A DNA stretch of 64,000 nucleotides from Rickettsiaceae bacterium (GTDB lineage Bacteria > Pseudomonadota > Alphaproteobacteria > Rickettsiales > Rickettsiaceae): contig OZ247586.1 in NCBI GenBank assembly GCA_965233855.1, positions 788,835-852,834 on the forward strand. Direction: 5' to 3'. Positions 58,332 through 64,000 of this stretch are shown piece by piece (within the stretch, counting starts at the first letter, position 1; each line of letters begins with the position of its first letter). The notes under the pieces were generated by a model that searched no databases, was not told the DNA's origin, and worked only from the letters and a program-made list of their open reading frames with translations. The position numbers were made by a program, and so were the translations under genes.

Positions 58332-58646
58332 TTCTTCTTCCCAGTTTTATGTTAAAAAATACCAGGAGCTCAAAACATGTAGTCAACCAACATGTGAGTT
58401 TATTTCCTGCAATAGCAGGTATTATATTCACCACACTCCCGGCAAAACAGGAAAAAGAATATGTACAAGAAATGCACATAAAAATCCACGCTCTACCGAG
58501 CGCGAAAGTATGCTGACTTTAAAGGCGTTTTGAACACCGTAGTGAGCTCATATTATAACAAACTAATTTTTATTTCAAGGATAATTGAAAATGAAGCCGA
58601 TATTTTCTAAGCAATCAGGCAATACACGACTTCACCCTAGCATCCA

Positions 58647-58770
58647 CAGTGTCATCCTCGCGCATGCGGAGATCCAGATGAAGAAGCAGCAGAGCACCTG
58701 AGTTTTATCTGCTAACTAACAAACACCCAGAAACTTCCCTAGATTCCGGATCAAATCCGGAATGACAGTG
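58647..58770. repeat. Complete 124-bp palindromic (RPE/MITE-like) element
   Basis: 5' end CAGTGTCATCCTCGCGCATGCGGAGATCCAG, an internal hairpin with arms (g)atcctcgc and gcggagat(c). 3' end AGATTCCGGATcaaATCCGGAATGACAGTG, a 9-bp hairpin. The two termini are imperfect inverted repeats of each other (CAsTGTCAT). Confidence 0.75.
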
Positions 58771-58797
58771 ACATGACTTCTAGCACCACAGCATCAA

Positions 58798-59481
58798 TTA
58801 AGTAGCTTCAATCAAACTGCCTTCAAGCTTATACGTCCTGTGCATTTTTGATGCTAATTCTAAATTATGAGATACCATAACTATTGCCGCCTTATCTTTT
58901 TCAGCACGCTCAATAAACATAGAGAATACTTCATCTGCTGTATGAGGATCTAAATTACCCGTTGGCTCATCTGCTAAAATTATTTTTGGATTATTAATCA
59001 AGGCACGTGCGACTGCAACTCTTTGCTGCTCACCACCTGATAATTCACCTGGAACATTGAATAATCTTTTTCCAAGACCTAGCTCCTCCAAGATAGAAGC
59101 TGATCTTTCCATAGACTCCTTCTTTGAAACATTATTGATCAATAATGGCATTGCAGCATTTTCTTGCGCAGTAAAATCTTTAAGCAAATGATGATATTGA
59201 TAAATGAAACCCATATTTTCGAGGCGTATCTTATTAGCATTCCTCAAATTTGCAATCCTACTATCCAAAACTCCATCAATAGAAACACTACCGCCATCAG
59301 CAACATCTAATAATCCTGCAATATGAAGTAATGTTGATTTACCAGATCCAGATGCTCCAACAATTGACACCATCTCTCCCCGACTAACCGTAAGATTGAT
59401 ATCTTTCAACACCTCAATTACTGAACGCCCCTGCTTATAGTCCTTTGATATTCCTTCTAATGTCAATATTGCTTTACTCAT
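58798..59481 (-). CDS. lolD: Lipoprotein-releasing system ATP-binding protein LolD
   Basis: Walker A GASGSGKST, signature LSGGEQQR, Walker B ILADEP. The ATG at 59481 ([10 protein letters not shown]) is preferred to the TTG at 59496. Confidence 0.88.
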   Translation of the reverse strand: MSKAILTLEGISKDYKQGRSVIEVLKDINLTVSRGEMVSIVGASGSGKSTLLHIAGLLDVADGGSVSIDGVLDSRIANLRNANKIRLENMGFIYQYHHLLKDFTAQENAAMPLLINNVSKKESMERSASILEELGLGKRLFNVPGELSGGEQQRVAVARALINNPKIILADEPTGNLDPHTADEVFSMFIERAEKDKAAIVMVSHNLELASKMHRTYKLEGSLIEAT

Positions 59482-60715
59482 AACGCATTGCCTCAATCGG
59501 ATTCAAAGAAGCTGCTTTATAGGCTGGATAAATAGTAGCTAAAAATGAAGCTACAATAGCAAGACCTGATATGAATAATACATCAGAGAATCTTACTACA
59601 GAAGGCAAACTATAAAGAAAATAAATAGCTGGATCAAAAATTCTAGTTCCTGAAACCTGCTCCAAAAACAAACGAATATTTTCTACGTTATATGAAAATA
59701 GCAAGCCAAAAACAACACCAAGCAACGTCCCAATCACTCCAACTAACATACCGTTAAGAATAAATATCGTCATAACTTGTTTCGTTGAAGCTCCAATAGT
59801 TCTAAGTATCGCGATATCCTTAGTTTTATCTTTAACTAACATAAACAAACTGGCAATAATATTAAAAGCAGCAACAATCATTATTAATGATAAAATAACG
59901 AACATCGCAGTGCGCTCAACCTCAAGAGCACTTAAAAATTGCTGATTATCTTGAGTCCAGCTTTTTACCTGCATACTCATTCCAACTTCTTTCTGCAATA
60001 ATCTAGAATATTTTCTAGCCATCTCTCTATCTTCAATATTTACTTCAATAAAATTGATACCATCACCAATTGAAAGAAATTTTTGAGCAGCAGCAAGTGG
60101 CATTAGCATTGTTGCTGCATCATAATCATACAAGCCACTATTAAACACTGCAACAACAGTAAAATCCCTAGCTCTTGGCATGCTACCAAAAGCAGTTGGT
60201 AGCAAAGTTGGGGCAATTAATTTTACTTTCGAACCAACAAACAACCCCATATTACGAGCAAGCTCAGACCCAACAGCCACCACATTATTTCCATAATATT
60301 CAGAAAAACCACCTTCTAGAACATTTCCAAGGATCTCTCCTTTGAATTTAAGATCGCCAGCATCGATACCTTTGATAATTACACCGCTATTAGACCCTGC
60401 AATTGCCAAAGCTTGACCAACTACTAGAGGAGTAATTCTCGATACATATCTCTGATTAGAAACTTTTTTTAATATTTCTCTATGATTTTCAATAGTTTTT
60501 CCCATTGGAGAAATGGTAATATCACCATTTAAACCAACTATATTATTTGTAAGCTCAATGTGAAAACCATTCATAACAGACATCACTATTATTAAAGCAG
60601 CAACGCCAATAGTAATTCCAGCAAGGGATATTCCAGAAATAATTGAAACAAATTTTTCGTTTTTTTTAGCACTAAAATATCGAAAAGATAATATTGATGT
60701 AAAACTATTTAACAT
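59474..60715 (-). CDS. lolC: Lipoprotein-releasing system permease LolC/LolE
   Basis: 413 aa, FtsX-type permease with a large periplasmic loop between TM1 and TM2 and the C-terminal [10 protein letters not shown](L)RYE block. Confidence 0.88.
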   Translation of the reverse strand: MLNSFTSILSFRYFSAKKNEKFVSIISGISLAGITIGVAALIIVMSVMNGFHIELTNNIVGLNGDITISPMGKTIENHREILKKVSNQRYVSRITPLVVGQALAIAGSNSGVIIKGIDAGDLKFKGEILGNVLEGGFSEYYGNNVVAVGSELARNMGLFVGSKVKLIAPTLLPTAFGSMPRARDFTVVAVFNSGLYDYDAATMLMPLAAAQKFLSIGDGINFIEVNIEDREMARKYSRLLQKEVGMSMQVKSWTQDNQQFLSALEVERTAMFVILSLIMIVAAFNIIASLFMLVKDKTKDIAILRTIGASTKQVMTIFILNGMLVGVIGTLLGVVFGLLFSYNVENIRLFLEQVSGTRIFDPAIYFLYSLPSVVRFSDVLFISGLAIVASFLATIYPAYKAASLNPIEAMRYE

Positions 60716-62006
60716 GCAAACTATTCACCACTTCACTTATTGCCGCATCCATTGATACATCTTCAACTTCACCTGATGCCCTGTGCTTTAATTCAACTAA
60801 ATCATTTTCAGCTTTTTTAGGACCAACAATAATTTGCCAAGGTGAACCAATCAAATCATGAGTAGCAAATTTTGCACCCGCTCTTTCATTTGTATCATCA
60901 TATAAGACATCAATTCCCTTTCTTTTAAATTGATTATATATGTTTTGACAAATAATTGATGATTTCTCATCCTTCATATTTAGATTAATGATAGAAGCCT
61001 TAAATGGAGCCACTTGCATTGGCCATATTATACCTTTTTCATCATGCGAAACTTCAATAATCGCTGCAACTAACCTTGAAATACCAATGCCATATGAACC
61101 CATTTGAATCGGCACTTTCTTACCATTACTATCATTAACCATTGCATTCATGGATTTAGAGTATTTATCGCCAAAATTAAATATATGACCTATCTCTATT
61201 CCACGCCTTACTGATAATTCTTTCTCAGATAATGGACAATTTTTAGGATCATGTTTTTCTTCTGTTGCCGCATAAAGTGATTTCAACTGATTAATATCAT
61301 TTGCTAAATTTTCACCAAGCAAATCAAACCTTTTATCATAATAGATTAAACTCTCTCCAGTATCAGCAACAACATGAAATTCATGACTCATATCTCCACC
61401 AATTTCGCCAGAGTCAGCAGCAAGAGGAATAGCATTTAAGCCCAGATCTTTAAATGTGCGCATGTATGCGGCAAAAACATGATCATATGTTTTAATCGCG
61501 CTTTCCATATCAATATCTAGAGAATACGCATCCTTCATTAGAAACTCACGACCACGCATCAAACCAAAACGAGGCCTAATTTCATCCCTAAATTTCCACT
61601 GAATTTGATATAATACTTTTGGTAATTCTTTGTATGATTGAAACGAGTTTCTTACTATATCAGTTATCGCTTCTTCATTCGTTGGACCGAAAAGCAAATC
61701 ATGATCATGACGATCTTTGAACCTAAGCATTTCCTCACCATAAACATCCAACCTACCAGATTCTTTCCATATATCTCCGTCCTGTACGCATGGCATAAGT
61801 ATTTCCACAAAATCCGAAGCATCCATATTAAAACGGACAATTTTCTCAACGTTTTTTAATACCTTCAGACCCAAAGGAAGCCAATTATAAATTCCCGATG
61901 CTGCTTGACGAATCAGACCAGCTTTTAACATTAAAGAATGAGAAACTACCTTAGCCTCAGATGGCTGTTCTTTTAATACTGGTAAAAAATATTTTGATAA
62001 TAACAT
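60705..62006 (-). CDS. proS: Proline--tRNA ligase (short form without the editing insertion)
   Basis: Class II motifs ([26 protein letters not shown]). 433 aa. Confidence 0.93.
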   Translation of the reverse strand: MLLSKYFLPVLKEQPSEAKVVSHSLMLKAGLIRQAASGIYNWLPLGLKVLKNVEKIVRFNMDASDFVEILMPCVQDGDIWKESGRLDVYGEEMLRFKDRHDHDLLFGPTNEEAITDIVRNSFQSYKELPKVLYQIQWKFRDEIRPRFGLMRGREFLMKDAYSLDIDMESAIKTYDHVFAAYMRTFKDLGLNAIPLAADSGEIGGDMSHEFHVVADTGESLIYYDKRFDLLGENLANDINQLKSLYAATEEKHDPKNCPLSEKELSVRRGIEIGHIFNFGDKYSKSMNAMVNDSNGKKVPIQMGSYGIGISRLVAAIIEVSHDEKGIIWPMQVAPFKASIINLNMKDEKSSIICQNIYNQFKRKGIDVLYDDTNERAGAKFATHDLIGSPWQIIVGPKKAENDLVELKHRASGEVEDVSMDAAISEVVNSLHVK

Positions 62007-62082
62007 AATTCAAACATACTCTAATTTAAAAAAATTCTATAGAAGATTAGCTCAGGTAATATTTAAGTGCAAAATCAATATG

Positions 62083-62655
62083 CTATCCTTTCCTAACCGC
62101 TTCAAGAAACTCTTGTCTCTTTAAAATCTCATCTCTATATTCACCAGTGAAATGTGTAGACTCCATAAGGCTACCGCCTTTTTGTGTACCTCTATGAGTC
62201 ATACAACTATGTGATGCAGATACTCTAATAGCGACACCTCTCGGTCTTAAATGCTCTTGAAGAGCACATGCTATTTCTGCTGTCATCCTTTCTTGAATCT
62301 GCAGTCTCCTAGCAAACATATCTACCAATCTTGCTAATTTACTAATACCAACTACTTCACCATTCGGAATATAAGCAATATCAACTACACCTGAAAACGG
62401 TAACATATGATGTTCACAAGTTGAAGTGAAATTAATTGATTTTAATAATACAACATCATTATATTCGCTGATATCTCGGAATTTCTTATTTAAAACAAGA
62501 TCAATTTCATCATCATACCCGGAAAAAAGCTCCTTATAGCTTTTAACTACTCTCTTCGGAGTATCCTTTAAACCTTCTCTTCCCTTATCTCCAACTATGT
62601 ATTCTAATAAAAGTTGGACAGCATCCTCAGCCTGCTGTTTTGTTGGTTTTCCCAC
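62083..62655 (-). CDS. folE: GTP cyclohydrolase I (type 1)
   Basis: STCEHHMLPF, ISKLARLVDMFARRLQIQERMT and CMTHRG blocks. Confidence 0.93.
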   Translation of the reverse strand: MGKPTKQQAEDAVQLLLEYIVGDKGREGLKDTPKRVVKSYKELFSGYDDEIDLVLNKKFRDISEYNDVVLLKSINFTSTCEHHMLPFSGVVDIAYIPNGEVVGISKLARLVDMFARRLQIQERMTAEIACALQEHLRPRGVAIRVSASHSCMTHRGTQKGGSLMESTHFTGEYRDEILKRQEFLEAVRKG

Positions 62656-62678
62656 GCGTTTTTAACCTATACAAATAT

Positions 62679-64000
62679 CTATTTTAAGAAATATAAGTTT
62701 CTAACACAAATATACACAAACATCAAGCCACCTATTATAGCAATCAGCCCACCACCACCAACCATCCCCATATACAGTTTGGCAGTAAACGCCATATCCT
62801 CACCTGGTGTTTTCCTAAGTACTCCGTATCCACCAGCTAAAGCAAGCCCAGCAACATGCAGCAATTGACCCGTAGTCAAAACTATTACCTGTACCGAAGC
62901 CATCCGCACACTTCTCTGCGGGGAATTAATATCAGTAACAATCAAAATTTTACTTACTACTCCAGATCTTTTATGCATATTGTTTTGTACATTACGTCCA
63001 AAACAAACTAAATAACTTAACCCCATCAATGCGACACTAATACCTACAATTGAACCATGATAATGCGCAGGAATTGTGACATTAACACCAGAAATAATCG
63101 CGCCAATCAATCCTCCAGATAAAAATAGTAAACTAGAAGCTAAAAATGAGATTGAAATAAATTTAGGAATAGATTTTACACGATTTTGAAACACCTCAAA
63201 ATAAAGCATCGCTATGAAAATGGTTGGAACAATTCCACCTGTATAGATCATATGCAAAGTATAAAATTCTTTAAATGAACCATCAGCTAAATCAAACCTT
63301 GCATGCCCAATAAAAACGGCCAAGCTTAAGAAAAAATTCAAGGCTAATAATACCTCATACACTGAACCGAACTTTACCTCGCCTCCCTTCCAGCTCTCTG
63401 CAAGTACTAACAACACTAACATCAATATTTGTGTATATATAAATTGAAGCAAATGACCACCACTCCAATATAACATCTCATAATAAAAATCTAAATCCAA
63501 TGGAACAATATCTGCAAGAGCGTCTAGCTCCTGATAGGATAAACCAAAACAACCCCAAACCAGAATAAACATCAGTGATGAGGTGAAATTTGTGATTGCA
63601 ACTATCCTGCCAGAATATCCTACGACCCCTCCCATAAAAGAGGTAAACACTGTCTGCAAAGCAAAACTCAATATCCCTACACCAAATAGACTAAGACCAA
63701 TTATAAAAATAATATTCTCAAGCATTGGAATATAATTATTCATAACTGGTAAAGACTCTGGATATAATGGACTTACAGCCATAAAAATCATACCCAAAAA
63801 CGCAAGCATCGAATAAACGGATTCAAAACCCGTTTTGATTTTGTTCAAACTCCAACTCATAGCTGTTATTGAAAGCAGCCATACTAATACAGATAAATTC
63901 ACATGAATCACCAAAGCGGATTTAAACATTGATTTATCAGTAAAAAAATGACTCAGTTGAGGAGTCCTAAGAAGGACTAAAATAATCGAATACAGTCCTG
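62679..64000 (-). CDS. Divergent heme-copper-oxidase-superfamily-like polytopic membrane protein (5' end outside the window)
   Basis: The ORF stays open upstream of the track's first Met to the window edge (..GLYSIILVLLRTPQLSHFFTDKSMFKSALVIHVNLS..). It has 12 or more hydrophobic segments. His-containing blocks sit at subunit-I-like positions: HVNLSVLVW, YWSGGHLLQF, YTLHMIY, IPAHYHGSIVG. Confidence 0.5.
   Translation of the reverse strand, partial: GLYSIILVLLRTPQLSHFFTDKSMFKSALVIHVNLSVLVWLLSITAMSWSLNKIKTGFESVYSMLAFLGMIFMAVSPLYPESLPVMNNYIPMLENIIFIIGLSLFGVGILSFALQTVFTSFMGGVVGYSGRIVAITNFTSSLMFILVWGCFGLSYQELDALADIVPLDLDFYYEMLYWSGGHLLQFIYTQILMLVLLVLAESWKGGEVKFGSVYEVLLALNFFLSLAVFIGHARFDLADGSFKEFYTLHMIYTGGIVPTIFIAMLYFEVFQNRVKSIPKFISISFLASSLLFLSGGLIGAIISGVNVTIPAHYHGSIVGISVALMGLSYLVCFGRNVQNNMHKRSGVVSKILIVTDINSPQRSVRMASVQVIVLTTGQLLHVAGLALAGGYGVLRKTPGEDMAFTAKLYMGMVGGGGLIAIIGGLMFVYICVRNLYFLK

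Noticed and set aside
58480-58510. tRNA D-arm-like string on the minus strand (GCGCTCGGTAGAGCG), considered as a tRNA fragment or integration-site remnant
   Set aside because: No matching anticodon arm, T-arm or acceptor stem could be built around it.
58285-58533. 82-aa plus-strand ORF overlapping the 5' end of the XRE gene
   Set aside because: It overlaps the XRE regulator in antisense and continues into non-coding DNA. Cys/His/Thr-rich odd composition and no SD.
62895-62935. Possible in-frame palindromic-element insertion inside the heme-copper-oxidase-like gene (gccatccgcacacttctctgcggggaatt resembles gtcatcctcgcgcatgcggagatcc)
   Set aside because: The similarity is limited to about 25 nt with only a 5-bp stem, and the central and 3' modules of the element are absent. 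This could be chance. It is worth retesting once a proper model of the repeat exists.
1-64000. Scan for CRISPR arrays, rRNA genes, prophage blocks or known multi-gene defence systems
   Set aside because: No regularly spaced direct repeats, no rRNA-like conserved stretches, and no phage structural, integrase or restriction-type gene clusters were recognised. Accessory content is limited to the IS elements, the TA pair, the short palindromic repeats and the orphan genes listed above.

Overview
All calls below come from reading the sequence and the ORF track and from remembered family motifs. No database search, RNA folding or statistics were run, and all repeat alignments are by eye.

The window is a visibly AT-rich, tightly packed bacterial chromosome segment that looks alphaproteobacterial and Rickettsiales-like. 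Supporting signs are a circularly permuted two-piece tmRNA, alpha-type SspB, an NDUFA12-like gene beside mlaD, the proS-lolC-lolD order, an ankyrin-repeat gene, a ProP-like MFS transporter, a PKMT-like methyltransferase, and short palindromic intergenic repeats.

Most of the window is housekeeping:
- Respiration and cytochrome biogenesis: ctaG-coxC, sdhCDAB, ccmD-ccmE, NDUFA12-like.
- Envelope: lptB (3' end), plsC, mlaD, lolCD.
- Translation and RNA: trpS, proS, tilS, rimP-nusA-infB-rbfA, rnhA, sspB, tRNA-Phe, tRNA-Asp.
- DNA and nucleotide metabolism: nrdAB, recJ, mutS, mutL, dut.
- Other: ftsH, nadA, lipB, folE.

Non-routine content:
1. A flagellar cluster with divergent operons (flgF-flgG-flgA-flgH-fliQ, and fliL-fliM-orf-motE-like), plus a separate divergent flagellin-like gene.
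2. Two IS elements. An IS481-family copy with a nonsense-mutated transposase sits inside an already decaying ankyrin-repeat gene, with a clean target duplication. An apparently intact IS982-family copy lies next to fliQ.
3. A family of ~120-bp hairpin-ended palindromic repeats, resembling Rickettsia palindromic elements (RPEs) or MITEs, at three intergenic loci.
4. An apparent operon omp - PKMT-like methyltransferase - tilS - ftsH, plus two further methyltransferase-like genes, one of which carries a signal peptide.
5. A peptide-deformylase paralog lacking two of its three metal ligands.
6. A yefM-yoeB toxin-antitoxin pair next to an XRE-family regulator.
7. A tandem trio of small paralogous ORFs, two of them broken.
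8. Orphan proteins, including a 448-aa ORF with a QEIGH motif and a divergent heme-copper-oxidase-like membrane protein.

No CRISPR array or rRNA gene was seen.
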